A DNA stretch of 64,000 nt from positions 31,260-95,259 of the forward strand of contig JAFGLM010000001.1 in assembly GCA_016928055.1 (NCBI GenBank), written 5' to 3'. The stretch comes from Gammaproteobacteria bacterium. Its GTDB lineage: Bacteria; Pseudomonadota; Gammaproteobacteria; HTCC5015. The notes beneath the pieces are model-generated. The model searched no databases, was not told where the DNA came from, and saw nothing but the letters and a program-made list of their open reading frames with translations. This document shows positions 27,697 to 37,899 of the stretch, piece by piece. The first letter of the stretch is position 1, and the number at the start of each line of letters is the position of its first letter. The position numbers and the translations under genes are program-made.

Positions 27697-28827
27697 CTAG
27701 ACTTTCATTTCCCGAAAACCCAATTTTTTCAGTTTTTCCAGAACGGTTGGTTGAGCATGGGTTGCCTTGATCGAATAGGAATCAAACTCCCTTCTTACCG
27801 GATAATCGCCTCTCAATTTCTCAAACAGGTTTGTATTATCACGTAATACCTTGTCATCCCTTTCAATTTTATAAGTGGAAAGAATTGCATCTGCCAGAAT
27901 CGATTCTTCGTCTTTATTGTTTCCGTCCAGTTCAATGACTGGGTTCTCCGGTAAATCAACTCCAGTTGGTTCCCATTCGTCAATGCCAAGACCAAAAAAT
28001 CGACTTATCGCACGAACACTCATGGTCGTGCCATTTGCTTTACCATCCTTGGAGTAACCCGCAATATGGGGCGTACCGTAATCGACCTTATCCAGGAGTT
28101 CCAAATCAATTTCGGGTTCGTTTTCCCAGCAATCGATCATTAAGCCCGAGATATAACCTGCATCCAATGCATTTTTAACAGCATTGGTATCAAATACTTC
28201 GCCTCGACATGAGTTGATAATCAGCGGTTTGTTTTTTAAATTTCGCAGGAATTGCTTGTCGGCCATGTGATAGGTGCAGTCAACGCCCTCCATATTCAGC
28301 GGAACATGAAAAGTAATAATGTCGGCTTGATCCTGAATAGCTTGCAGTGAAACGAATTGCGACGGACCCTCTGTTCTCTCTCTGGGTGGGTCGTTTAAAA
28401 GCACATTCATTCCCAGAATCTTGCAGGTTTTTGCAATTCTGGAACCCACCTGTCCTACGCCGACAATTCCAATAGTTTTACCTTTTAATTGAAAAGTTTT
28501 TCGTAGTGAATACGAAAATAAAGCCGATGAAATATACTGGTTAACGCTTTCCGCATTGCAACCCGGCGCATTGGTCCATGCAATACCGGCTTCTTTACAA
28601 TAATTTGTGTCGATATGATCAAAACCAATTGTTGCTGTTGCAATAAATTTAACTTTCGAACCCTCGAGTATCTCTTTATTACAGATGGTTCTGGTTCTCG
28701 TTACGAGCGCATCGGCGTCTTTAACAACGTCGGCTGTGGTTGACTTTCCCGGCAGGTAAACCACTTCAGCAAAGGGCTCCAACGCACCTCTGATATAAGG
28801 TATCTTGTTATCAATAATGATCTTCAT
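27697..28827 (-). CDS. pdxB: 4-phosphoerythronate dehydrogenase
   Basis: D-2-hydroxyacid dehydrogenase fold (GIVGVGQVGSRIA). The PdxB-specific C-terminal dimerisation domain is present (FEKLRGDYPVRREFDSYSI...LEKLKKLGF; compare E. coli FDKLRKNYLERREW...LCKLGF). Confidence 0.8.
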   Translation of the reverse strand: MKIIIDNKIPYIRGALEPFAEVVYLPGKSTTADVVKDADALVTRTRTICNKEILEGSKVKFIATATIGFDHIDTNYCKEAGIAWTNAPGCNAESVNQYISSALFSYSLRKTFQLKGKTIGIVGVGQVGSRIAKTCKILGMNVLLNDPPRERTEGPSQFVSLQAIQDQADIITFHVPLNMEGVDCTYHMADKQFLRNLKNKPLIINSCRGEVFDTNAVKNALDAGYISGLMIDCWENEPEIDLELLDKVDYGTPHIAGYSKDGKANGTTMSVRAISRFFGLGIDEWEPTGVDLPENPVIELDGNNKDEESILADAILSTYKIERDDKVLRDNTNLFEKLRGDYPVRREFDSYSIKATHAQPTVLEKLKKLGFREMKV

Positions 28828-28854
28828 TTTTTTATTAATATTTTTTACTGAAAA

Positions 28855-30198
28855 TCAGTATTTGAATCTATCCTTAAACGCCCACAAACCCAATGCCGGG
28901 TTGGAGATGTAAAAAATTTCCTCTCCATCGGCCATGGTGTTATAGCCATCTTTTAATTTTTGAGGATTATATCTAGCCGTCATCTCATCCAAATCGGCGT
29001 ATTTAAAACCAACACTCTCGATTTCGTGCTTTGATAGGTTGTCCTTTCCTTTACCCGGGCAGTAAGTAATGCTGAAACGTCCCTCGGAAGAACCATGAAT
29101 TAAATGGGCCGCTGCGCCAAGATTGTTTTGCAAGTCCTCATTTTTTTCGACAGCTTTTAATGTTTGCGGGGTTCCAAAATAACCGTACTTTCTGATCAGC
29201 TTGTCAATTTGTTTATCCTCACCGAACTCGACCAGAGCAGGAGCTAAAACAATCAGTTCGCCGCCGTCTGCCAACGCCATTCGCGTTCGATAGACACTCT
29301 TATTTCCTAACCATGTACTCTTGAATTCAGTTGGATCGAGCCAAACGATTACTTTCTTTAACGGCTTATCCAGCATTTCAAAATTAACTTGCAGTGATAA
29401 TCTTGCCGCTTTATCAAACACGCTGAAATCGTCACCGATAAAAAGACCGTATGTTTGCAAGCTTCCTTTTTTATTCAGGCCTACGACTGTCTGCACGTAA
29501 ACAATCGGCAGATGATTTGCAAAGTTTTCAGAAGCGTAGTTGAAAACTTTACGAACCGGCGTATCAGCATGGCCCATCATTTTTTCCATGCCATAGGCAG
29601 CACCAATGTAATGACTCTTATTAATGCCTTCTGAACCGCCCGTACCCACAAAAATATTTTTATTGTAATTGGCCATTCCGACAACTTCATGCGGCACAAC
29701 CTGGCCGATAGATAAAATAAGGTCAAAGTCACCTTCAATCAGTAATTTATTAACCTGCGCCGGCCAAGTGTAATCACAAGCGCCTTCTGAAACCTCTTTC
29801 ACGAACTCAGCCGGTACTGTACCCAAGGTTACGACGTCGTTGCGCCAGTCATGATCTCTAAAGAGATCTCGCGGTGTATCTCCGAACATATGACTGATCT
29901 GATCTTCGGTCATCGGAGTATGCGTACCTAAAGCGGGCAAGATATCGGTCAGCTTGTCGCCAAAATACTCCCAGCAAAATTCCGTTAATTCACCGGAACG
30001 AGATGGCAGCCGCGTATAATCAGGCGGGATTACCAGAACTTTCTGTTTATCGCCAAGTTTTTTAAAGGCAGCATACAATCCGTTTTTCAAATCATCTGCT
30101 GAAAGCGCCGTTTCGGGCGAACCTGTTTCGTAATAAATCATATTTTTTACTCGTCCGGTGTTTTCTTTGGCACCAAGGTCCAATCGTTTGAGTTGCAT
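28855..30198 (-). CDS. LarA-like (lactate racemase N-terminal domain/DUF2088) protein, putative 2-hydroxy-acid or sugar-acid epimerase
   Basis: 447 aa. VLVIPPDYTRLPSRSG, ALGTHTPMT, SIGQVVPHEVVGMANYNKNIFVG and GAAAHLIHGS resemble the LarA-type family as I remember it. The alternative start MIYYETGS at 30141 may be the true one. Confidence 0.6.
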   Translation of the reverse strand: MQLKRLDLGAKENTGRVKNMIYYETGSPETALSADDLKNGLYAAFKKLGDKQKVLVIPPDYTRLPSRSGELTEFCWEYFGDKLTDILPALGTHTPMTEDQISHMFGDTPRDLFRDHDWRNDVVTLGTVPAEFVKEVSEGACDYTWPAQVNKLLIEGDFDLILSIGQVVPHEVVGMANYNKNIFVGTGGSEGINKSHYIGAAYGMEKMMGHADTPVRKVFNYASENFANHLPIVYVQTVVGLNKKGSLQTYGLFIGDDFSVFDKAARLSLQVNFEMLDKPLKKVIVWLDPTEFKSTWLGNKSVYRTRMALADGGELIVLAPALVEFGEDKQIDKLIRKYGYFGTPQTLKAVEKNEDLQNNLGAAAHLIHGSSEGRFSITYCPGKGKDNLSKHEIESVGFKYADLDEMTARYNPQKLKDGYNTMADGEEIFYISNPALGLWAFKDRFKY

Positions 30199-30208
30199 CG
30201 ATATTTGA

Positions 30209-30559
30209 CTAAAACCAAGGGTTATTTAAGTCGACTTTGGCTTGGTATTTAGAGTAATTCCCGCTCTCGTCCTGCTTCCAGCGGCATTCTGTTACCATTT
30301 CGCCGACAAAGCAGGACCAGGCAGGTCCAAACAAGGCAACGTTATCATGTTTTATTGCGCGCATCGACTCTTGGCCGGAGTAGAGCCGTTTTGAGCAACC
30401 TGCAGTGCTTCGAAAACCCGTTTCGACAGCAAATAACCTCAATTTGCTCATACCTACAAACAGGGCTTTAGACCGAGGCCAAGCCGAATCAGAACTACGG
30501 AAATCACCGTTTGCAAGATCTACCCCATCATGGTAAAAAAGCAGGGTAACCGGTGTCAT
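30209..30559 (-). CDS. Hypothetical 116-aa ORF (coding status doubtful)
   Basis: It is the only ORF in a 590-bp gap. Composition is rich in Cys/Trp/Arg/Ser and I recognise no family. No convincing RBS. Confidence 0.2.
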   Translation of the reverse strand: MTPVTLLFYHDGVDLANGDFRSSDSAWPRSKALFVGMSKLRLFAVETGFRSTAGCSKRLYSGQESMRAIKHDNVALFGPAWSCFVGEMVTECRWKQDESGNYSKYQAKVDLNNPWF

Positions 30560-30786
30560 TCTGGAAGTACCGAAATCGAACTAAGGAATTTGATGCGCTG
30601 TTCGGGGGGTCCACAACTGAGTAGACGGCTTTTTTAAGGCGTTCAGCTCCCTCTAAGACGCTCCGTTTTTTGTATGACGCATATCTAACAGAACATGACC
30701 CCCTAGCCATTGGTTGCTGATGCATCCTGGCGTGTGATGCATATTGATTTGATTAATACAACCAACCCTCTACACAAGGTAAAAAC

Positions 30787-31572
30787 ATGTCCTACATTGA
30801 AGAAATGTTCTCATTAAAGGGAAAAACTGCGGTTGTGGTCGGTGGTGCCGGTGAGCTTTGCGGTGCCATGGCCGAGGCTCTCGCTCTGGCAGGCGCTGAA
30901 GTGGTTCTGGTCGGCCTTGATTTTGATCAGGAAAAAGCCGATCTACGGCTTAAGAAAATCGAGGCTGCGGGTGGAAAAGGCTACTTTATTGTTGCTGACG
31001 TCACATCACGCGATGTCCTGCAAAAGCTGCTGGCTGAGGTCGTCAAACGATCAGGGAAATGCGACATACTGATCAACGGCGCCGGCATCAACTCAGCGAC
31101 CCCATTCCTGGAAATCCCTGAAGATGAATACGATCGCATTTTTAAGGTCAATGTTAAAGCGACTGTTCTTGCCTGCCAGGTCTTTGGCAAGTATTTCATC
31201 GACAACAATATAGCTGCTTCCATTATCAATATGGGTTCGATGTCTGGTGTAACGCCGTTGTCACGAGTATTCACCTATTCCATGACCAAGGCGGCGATAC
31301 ACAATATATCCAAGAATCTGGCTCGCGAATGGGCCACCAAGAACATACGCGTCAATATCGTGGTGCCCGGCTTCTTCCCTGCCGAACAGAACCGCAAGGT
31401 GCTGACCCCGGAACGGGTGGATCAAATTATGGGCCATACGCCTATGAAACGATTTGGGGAGTCAAAAGAACTCGGCGCTGCGACCTTATTACTTGCTTCC
31501 AATAACGCAAGCTCCTTTATTACCGGCGCAGAAATCATCATTGACGGTGGTTACGCCGCAATGACAATTTAA
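30787..31572 (+). CDS. SDR-family oxidoreductase (sugar-acid reductase type, UxuB/KduD-like)
   Basis: [18 protein letters not shown] (TGxxxGxG variant), NGAG, and the catalytic YSMTKAA (YxxxK). Confidence 0.8.
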   Translation: MSYIEEMFSLKGKTAVVVGGAGELCGAMAEALALAGAEVVLVGLDFDQEKADLRLKKIEAAGGKGYFIVADVTSRDVLQKLLAEVVKRSGKCDILINGAGINSATPFLEIPEDEYDRIFKVNVKATVLACQVFGKYFIDNNIAASIINMGSMSGVTPLSRVFTYSMTKAAIHNISKNLAREWATKNIRVNIVVPGFFPAEQNRKVLTPERVDQIMGHTPMKRFGESKELGAATLLLASNNASSFITGAEIIIDGGYAAMTI

Positions 31573-31590
31573 TTTGATATAGGACGTATT

Positions 31591-32832
31591 ATGAAACTCG
31601 AAAAGTTCAGTATGGGAATCGGTGATCGCTTTCTTCATCAAGGTGTTGCGCAACTGCAAGCGCTTATAAATGCCAAAGAAGTAGGTGTCGATATTACCCC
31701 CGTATGGAATAAATCCAATCGCGAGCACGAAATTGTCGGTACTGAGCCACTCAGTCTTCGTGAAGAGGCAGATGCCGCTGTTAAGAAACTCGGCTGGAAA
31801 GCCAATTACCGTGTCGATGCCGACCATATTAATCTTTCAACGGTTGATCGCTTTATTCAGTGCAGCGACTTTTTTACGCTCGACGTTGCTGACGATATCG
31901 GCGAAGCGGCCTCTGATTCGGATATAGCCGCGTTTGTTGATCGTCACAGTAAGTATATTGGCAATCTGGAAATACCGGGTGCCGGCACTTTTAAAGTGAC
32001 CAAAGAAATGGTTGAAGACATTGCTAAAACATTTCTGAAGGCCGTGCAAAAAGCCGGTCTGATCTATCGTCATATTATTGAGAAAAAAGGGTCTGACATC
32101 ATCCCCGAAGTATCAATGGATGAAACCGAAAGACCGCAAACGCCGTTGGAAATGTTTTTTATTCTGGCTGCAATTTCAGATGAAGGCATTCCGGCACAGA
32201 CTGTTGCTCCAAAATTCACCGGCCGTTTTAATAAAGGTGTCGATTACATTGGTAATGTAGCACAGTTTGAAAAAGAATTTAATGACGACCTGGCAGCCAT
32301 CGCCTTTGCGATTTCCGAATTCAATCTGCCTGATAACCTGAAGCTGAGCGTCCATTCCGGTTCCGATAAGTTTTCAATATACGGCGCTATCAATAAAGCA
32401 TTAAAGCGTACCGGCGCCGGTCTGCACTTAAAGACTGCCGGCACCACCTGGCTTGAAGAGCTCATTGGTCTGGCTGAAGCCGGAGGCGAAGGTCTTGTGA
32501 TTGCCAAGGAAGTCTATGCCAAGGCGCTGGAAAACAAGGAAGCTTTGTGCAAACCATACGCAACCGTTATCGATATTGATTACGCTAAACTGCCAACGGC
32601 TGATACAGTCAATGGCTGGACAGGTGAAGAGTACGCCCGTGCGTTACGTCATAATCAGTCCGATCCCCTCTATAATCTGCATCTTCGCCAATTGCTTCAT
32701 GTCGGCTACAAAGTTGCGGCGCAGATGGGTGATCGCTATTACAACGCGTTGAAAGAATTCGAGACTGACGTCGCTCGTAACGTAACCGAAAACCTTTGGG
32801 AGCGTCATATCAAAGCTGTGTTTATCGGTTAA
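31591..32832 (+). CDS. Tagaturonate/fructuronate epimerase (UxaE)-family protein
   Basis: 413 aa. MGIGDRFLHQGVAQLQA...VDITPVWNKSNREH...RVDADHIN...LSVHSGSDKFSIY resembles the UxaE family as I remember it. Not verified by search. Confidence 0.5.
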   Translation: MKLEKFSMGIGDRFLHQGVAQLQALINAKEVGVDITPVWNKSNREHEIVGTEPLSLREEADAAVKKLGWKANYRVDADHINLSTVDRFIQCSDFFTLDVADDIGEAASDSDIAAFVDRHSKYIGNLEIPGAGTFKVTKEMVEDIAKTFLKAVQKAGLIYRHIIEKKGSDIIPEVSMDETERPQTPLEMFFILAAISDEGIPAQTVAPKFTGRFNKGVDYIGNVAQFEKEFNDDLAAIAFAISEFNLPDNLKLSVHSGSDKFSIYGAINKALKRTGAGLHLKTAGTTWLEELIGLAEAGGEGLVIAKEVYAKALENKEALCKPYATVIDIDYAKLPTADTVNGWTGEEYARALRHNQSDPLYNLHLRQLLHVGYKVAAQMGDRYYNALKEFETDVARNVTENLWERHIKAVFIG

Positions 32833-32956
32833 AACCAAATTTTAATTATGCTAACGCAGTCAGTTCCATGGAACTGACGGGTTGACTTGATTAGAAGTAA
32901 TTAGCTGTGGCAAATAATATTTGCCTGATTTGAAGATAAGACTTATTGGAGATTCC

Positions 32957-34423
32957 ATGAATACTACAGAAAAGAAATGTGATATCGGCCTGATTGGCTT
33001 GGCGGTAATGGGTGAGAACCTTGTTTTAAATATGGAAAGTCATGATTTCAAGGTGGCTGTGTTTAACCGCACCGTCAGTAAAGTTGACGACTTTATGAAC
33101 GCGCGCGCTAAAGGCAAAAACATCGTTGGCTGTCACAGTATTGAAGAGCTGGTTGCTAACCTCGAAAAGCCTCGTAAAATATTCCTGCTGGTAAAAGCTG
33201 GAAAGGCAGTGGATGATTTTATCGAACTCGTTATTCCGCATCTTGAGAAAGGCGATATCATCATCGACGGTGGTAATTCGCACTACCCGGACAGTATTCG
33301 TCGTACTAAATACGTCGAAAGCAAAGGCTTACTCTTTATCGGAACAGGTGTATCCGGCGGTGAAGAAGGCGCATTAAAAGGTCCTTCGATTATGCCGGGG
33401 GGTTCCGCAGCAGCATGGCCCCACGTTAAAGAAATCTTCCAGTCAGTTTCAGCCAAAGTTGCCGATGGTTCTCCCTGTTGCGAGTGGTTGGGTAACGACG
33501 GTGCCGGTCATTTTGTAAAAATGGTACACAACGGTATCGAATACGGTGATATGCAGATGATCTGCGAAGCCTATTCAATCATGCGCAATGCCCTGGGCAT
33601 GGAACCTGCGGAAATTTCAAAGACATTTGGCGAGTGGAATAAGGGCGAACTGGACAGTTACCTTATCGAAATTACCCGTGACATTCTGGCCAAGGTTGAT
33701 GATGAAACCGGCAAACCTATGGTTGACGTGATCGTGGATAAGGCCGGCCAGAAAGGCACGGGGCGTTGGACCTCTTTGGCTGCGCTCGACTTTGGCGTCC
33801 CGGCCCCGACGATTGTAGAAGCGGTATTTGCCCGTGCCATGAGCGCCATCAAAGATGAACGCCTGAGCGCAGCGAAAAAATTGAGCGGACCCAACACAAA
33901 GTTCACTGGCGACAAAAAGGCTTTTCTTGAGCAACTGCGGCAGGCACTGTTTGCATCAAAAATCTGCTCCTATGCTCAGGGTTACCAACTGATGCGTGCA
34001 GCTGCCACCGAACAAAATTGGGACTTAAACTATGGCGATATCGCGTTGATGTGGCGTGGCGGTTGTATTATTCGTGCGCAGTTCCTGGGTAACATCAAAG
34101 AAGCTTTCGATAATAAGCCTGACCTGCAGAACCTGCTTCTGGATGACTATTTCAAGAAGGCTATTGAAAAGAGCCAGGCCGGTTGGAGAAAAGTGATTGC
34201 CACAGCAGTAGAATATGGTATCCCCGTTCCAGCTTTCTGTTCAGCCCTGGCGTATTATGATGGTTATCGCAGCCCTGTTCTGCCAGCCAACTTGTTGCAG
34301 GCTCAACGCGACTATTTCGGTGCACATACTTATGAGCGTCTCGACAAACCTGCCGGTGAGTTCTTCCACACTAACTGGACCGGTAGAGGTGGCGACACCG
34401 TATCCACAACGTACAACGTTTAA
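32957..34423 (+). CDS. gnd: 6-phosphogluconate dehydrogenase, decarboxylating
   Basis: [63 protein letters not shown] and [14 protein letters not shown] are present. Start at MNTTEK has GGAG upstream. Confidence 0.95.
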   Translation: MNTTEKKCDIGLIGLAVMGENLVLNMESHDFKVAVFNRTVSKVDDFMNARAKGKNIVGCHSIEELVANLEKPRKIFLLVKAGKAVDDFIELVIPHLEKGDIIIDGGNSHYPDSIRRTKYVESKGLLFIGTGVSGGEEGALKGPSIMPGGSAAAWPHVKEIFQSVSAKVADGSPCCEWLGNDGAGHFVKMVHNGIEYGDMQMICEAYSIMRNALGMEPAEISKTFGEWNKGELDSYLIEITRDILAKVDDETGKPMVDVIVDKAGQKGTGRWTSLAALDFGVPAPTIVEAVFARAMSAIKDERLSAAKKLSGPNTKFTGDKKAFLEQLRQALFASKICSYAQGYQLMRAAATEQNWDLNYGDIALMWRGGCIIRAQFLGNIKEAFDNKPDLQNLLLDDYFKKAIEKSQAGWRKVIATAVEYGIPVPAFCSALAYYDGYRSPVLPANLLQAQRDYFGAHTYERLDKPAGEFFHTNWTGRGGDTVSTTYNV

Positions 34424-34435
34424 TTGGGGGCGAAA

Positions 34436-35521
34436 ATGAGTTTACTTGAAATACGCAGTAAAGAAGACAGCCAACTCGATCTCGTATCATTGGGTTCGCT
34501 GGTGCATCGCCTTGATCCGGGAATCATTCCTTTTCGTAAAGCCCGTTCAGTCGATATCCATGTGTCGGGTGGCGAATACAATGTTGCCTCCGGTCTTTCC
34601 GATTGTTTTGGTATGAGAACCGCTATTGTCAGCGCAATGGTGAATTATGGAATTGGCGAACTGGTTGAAACCAGAATCAGAGAAATGGGTGTCAAGCCTA
34701 TTTTCAAACGCTTTGAACATAATGGGGTTGATGGTCCCAATATCGCCACAGTCTATAGCGATCGAGGCATGGGTGTCCGTCCTCCGGTTGTTTTTTATAA
34801 CCGTGCCAATGAAGCCGGCGGCATGCTCAAGGCCGGCGATTTTGACTGGGATGAGATTTTTGGTCAGGGCGTTCGCTGGTTCCATTCCGGTGGTATTTAT
34901 GCCGCACTTTCGAACACAACAGGCGGTTTAATCATTGAAGCGATGAAAGCCGCCAAGAAACACGGCGTTGTCACTTCTTTTGATTTGAACTATCGTCCGA
35001 AATTGTGGGCGCCAAAAGGTGGACTGCAAGCGGCACAAAAGACCTTCCGTGAAATCACCAAATATGTCGACGTATTGCTGGGCAATGAAGAAGACATGCA
35101 GCTTGGTTTGGGTATCAAGGGTCAGGATGTTGAAAAAGCTTCCAAGCTCAATACCGATGCGTTCTTCGGTATGATCAAAGAAGTTACTGCTCAATTTCCC
35201 AACATCCAGGCCGCTGCGACGACGCTGCGTGAGGTGGAAACCACCAACCGCCATCAATGGAGTGCAGTAACCTGGTGTAAGGGCGAAACAGCCACAGCAC
35301 CTATCCGTGAACTCGGTGTCATCGACAGAATCGGCGGTGGTGACGGTTTTGCTACCGGCCTGATTTACGGCTTCCTTGATGGACGCAGTTTAGATGATAC
35401 TATTCGACTGGGTTGGGCACACGGTGCCTTATTAACAACGTTCCCTGGTGATACCACGATGGCCAAGTTACCGGAAGTGGAAGCTTTCGCTAAGGGTGGA
35501 TCAGCTCGAGTACAACGATAG
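34436..35521 (+). CDS. PfkB-family sugar or sugar-acid kinase (KdgK/KguK-like)
   Basis: Ribokinase-like fold. C-terminal motif VIDRIGGGDGFATGLIYG (the GxGD anion hole/catalytic Asp). Substrate is not assignable by eye. Confidence 0.75.
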   Translation: MSLLEIRSKEDSQLDLVSLGSLVHRLDPGIIPFRKARSVDIHVSGGEYNVASGLSDCFGMRTAIVSAMVNYGIGELVETRIREMGVKPIFKRFEHNGVDGPNIATVYSDRGMGVRPPVVFYNRANEAGGMLKAGDFDWDEIFGQGVRWFHSGGIYAALSNTTGGLIIEAMKAAKKHGVVTSFDLNYRPKLWAPKGGLQAAQKTFREITKYVDVLLGNEEDMQLGLGIKGQDVEKASKLNTDAFFGMIKEVTAQFPNIQAAATTLREVETTNRHQWSAVTWCKGETATAPIRELGVIDRIGGGDGFATGLIYGFLDGRSLDDTIRLGWAHGALLTTFPGDTTMAKLPEVEAFAKGGSARVQR

Positions 35522-35533
35522 TAGCTACTTAAG

Positions 35534-35569
35534 AAACGCGGCGACACTCAATGTCGCCGCGTTTTTTTG
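35534..35569. terminator. Bidirectional rho-independent terminator between the convergent kinase and ATP-grasp genes
   Basis: aaacgcggcgaca-ctcaa-tgtcgccgcgttt is a 13-bp perfect stem. It is followed by TTTTT on the plus strand and preceded by an A-run. Confidence 0.85.
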
Positions 35570-36561
35570 TTCTCTAGAATTCTCAGAATCTCATCTGCAT
35601 AACGATCTATTGCATTAGCTTCTTTCAAAAACAATCTTGGAACAACCAATTCGCATTCCAGTAATTTGAGCGTTCCACCATCATCGGGAATGCCATCAAC
35701 CCTTCCATAAAGCAAATCACCATAGAGATCGGTTACTTTTTTATAAATATTCTCTGCCCAGGCTATTTCTTGGCCTGATGCTATCTTTGCCGTATTGGTA
35801 CCACCGTAAACTTCATGCGCGACCCAGCCATCACCTTCTTTGACTTGCTTATGAATAGCATGACTGAATTTACCACCCAGAAAAACAAATGAAGTTTCGC
35901 CCTGATTTAAAATTGTCGGTAAAAATTTCTGTACACAGACATTGCCGGTTTTTAACAAGCCGTTAAAAATTCGTTCGTGATACGGGAGATCATCGTTATT
36001 TATCATCGCATCAAATTCTGTTTTGGAATCCGCTTCCTGCGAAATGGGTTTTGGACGAATCGTTTGTGGCTCCACTATCACGTATTCATCACCCTGCTTC
36101 TCAATACAATAAGAACGCCAGCACAAAGTGGATATCGTGGGTTTAACAACAATCTTATTCCAGCCTGTTTCCAACATGATTTGTTCGAGTGAGAGGGTTT
36201 CATGCTGCGCCAGCCAGTAGGTCGGCACAGTCTCAACACCCTGCTGTTCAAGCTCTCGAAGATAGCGATATTTATCAACAGCCGCGGGAATCACGCTTAA
36301 GGGATTGTATATGGAAATCGTTTTCCCCTTAATGGCATTCAGTCGCTCTTGCAAACCGCGAACTTTGTCAACAAAATGCGGGTCAAGATGTATTCCTCGA
36401 CAATTGCGCACGGTGACCAGGTCATACTCTGACCACTCAACATTGTGAGCGTCGTCCAGGTGTATTAACTCTCCATCAATATTGCGCAAGCGCAAAGCTC
36501 GCAAAATATCCCCATATTCATCATGCTCCCTGCCGAGATAAACAAAGCCGATTTTGTACAT
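35548..36561 (-). CDS. ATP-grasp domain protein (RimK/glutathione-synthetase-like), substrate unknown
   Basis: 337 aa. DKYRYLRELEQQGVETVPT...WNKIVVKPTIS...VCVQKFLP...ETSFVFLGGKFSHA...YGRVDG...LLECELVVP follows the ATP-grasp pattern. Confidence 0.5.
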   Translation of the reverse strand: MYKIGFVYLGREHDEYGDILRALRLRNIDGELIHLDDAHNVEWSEYDLVTVRNCRGIHLDPHFVDKVRGLQERLNAIKGKTISIYNPLSVIPAAVDKYRYLRELEQQGVETVPTYWLAQHETLSLEQIMLETGWNKIVVKPTISTLCWRSYCIEKQGDEYVIVEPQTIRPKPISQEADSKTEFDAMINNDDLPYHERIFNGLLKTGNVCVQKFLPTILNQGETSFVFLGGKFSHAIHKQVKEGDGWVAHEVYGGTNTAKIASGQEIAWAENIYKKVTDLYGDLLYGRVDGIPDDGGTLKLLECELVVPRLFLKEANAIDRYADEILRILENKKTRRH

Positions 36562-36587
36562 GCCGGATTATAACCTGCTGCTATCCA

Positions 36588-37235
36588 TTATTGCGGGTTT
36601 TCTAGATATGCGCGAACCGCGATACGATATTCTTCTTGCGAATATTTATACTCTTTTTCTTTGCGACAAAACTGTTTGTCGAATTCACTCACACGATTTT
36701 CGTCTAACTCGTACACCGAACTAAAATGAAATTTCCACGCTTTACCTTCAAATACACTTTTTTCCAGTTCAAGCACTAACTGTCCGTATGGATACCTCCC
36801 ATCACTGTCACTGATCCCATAATCAATGCAGTTCTTAAAGCCATGCTTGCAATAATTATGTGGATGCCCAAGTATTATAATTGCTTTTGTTTTATTTTGA
36901 ATAGCAATCTTTTTTGTATGATTAATTAAACTGGTTCCGATCCCTTGTCTCTGATATTCAGGCAAAACACATATCGGACCAAATGTAAGTGTATCTATTC
37001 TATTGTTGTTTTCATCCAACACAAATGATTTTGTATACATTATATTGCCAACAATCTTATTATCAACTTCAGCAACGTATGCCATTTCAGGCACAAAATC
37101 AGGATGATCTCTCATGAGATGTACAACATAGTGTTCATCGCATCCCGGCATATGCAGGTTCCAGAATGCTTCTCTGGTCATCTCTTCTACTATCTTGTAG
37201 TCGCTTTTAATTTCATTTCTGATGATTAAATTCAT
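36588..37235 (-). CDS. GNAT-family N-acetyltransferase
   Basis: VLPEYQRQGIGTSLINH is the acetyl-CoA-binding motif A (Q/RxxGxG/A). Confidence 0.8.
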   Translation of the reverse strand: MNLIIRNEIKSDYKIVEEMTREAFWNLHMPGCDEHYVVHLMRDHPDFVPEMAYVAEVDNKIVGNIMYTKSFVLDENNNRIDTLTFGPICVLPEYQRQGIGTSLINHTKKIAIQNKTKAIIILGHPHNYCKHGFKNCIDYGISDSDGRYPYGQLVLELEKSVFEGKAWKFHFSSVYELDENRVSEFDKQFCRKEKEYKYSQEEYRIAVRAYLENPQ

Positions 37236-37255
37236 TCTCTTTCTTTTTCGATATG

Positions 37256-37795
37256 TTATAAATCGCGAGTCCTGGTTGTTGTGTCATGGTTAACCCAGAT
37301 TAAATTATCCGGCTCAAAGCCCTTCTCCTTTATCGTTTCTTTAAACTTATTTTTTTGTTCTTGAGATACCGTTGGGGTCCGCGCCAGAAACCAAACATAT
37401 GATCGACTTGAGCTCGTTACAAAAGCATATTTGTATTCTGCTTTATCTATCTCAAAAATAACATATGAACCATAAAATGGACCAAAAAATGACACCTTTA
37501 AATATCCCGTGTTTTCGTCCTCCACAAAATAGGCTTTGCCATTTGATTCTCTCCATTTTCCTTTATCGACCGAATATCCGCAATTTCTCACACTCAAGCC
37601 ACCGTCTTCGCGAACACTATAATCCGCAGTTATAGATTCAAGGCCTCGTTCAAACGAGTGATCAAATCTGGCGATTTCGTACCATTTTCCAAGATATCGT
37701 TCCAACTCAAATTCTTTTACCGGCCTGACTGTATCTGGATATCCGAGACAGCCACACAACAAAAAGGAAATACTCAGAACCAGGAATTTCATCAT
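37256..37795 (-). CDS. blc: Outer-membrane lipocalin lipoprotein
   Basis: Lipobox LLCGC. FELERYLGKWYEIARFDHSFERG is the bacterial lipocalin signature. Confidence 0.9.
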   Translation of the reverse strand: MMKFLVLSISFLLCGCLGYPDTVRPVKEFELERYLGKWYEIARFDHSFERGLESITADYSVREDGGLSVRNCGYSVDKGKWRESNGKAYFVEDENTGYLKVSFFGPFYGSYVIFEIDKAEYKYAFVTSSSRSYVWFLARTPTVSQEQKNKFKETIKEKGFEPDNLIWVNHDTTTRTRDL

Positions 37796-37899
37796 TTCTC
37801 TTCAGAGCCGTCACGCAATCATTAAACAAGATTTGAATATTAGCCCGATTTGCCCGTGTGGTCTATCTATACCGTTTACGGTGTAGTCATCTTGTTCGA

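Noticed and set aside
27697-28827. Treating the D-2-hydroxyacid dehydrogenase as a KguD-like 2-keto-6-phosphogluconate reductase belonging to the sugar-acid cluster
   Set aside because: The C-terminal domain (FEKLRGDYPVRREF...LKKLGF) is the PdxB-specific dimerisation domain. A housekeeping pdxB is therefore the better call, although co-transcription with the LarA-like gene cannot be excluded.
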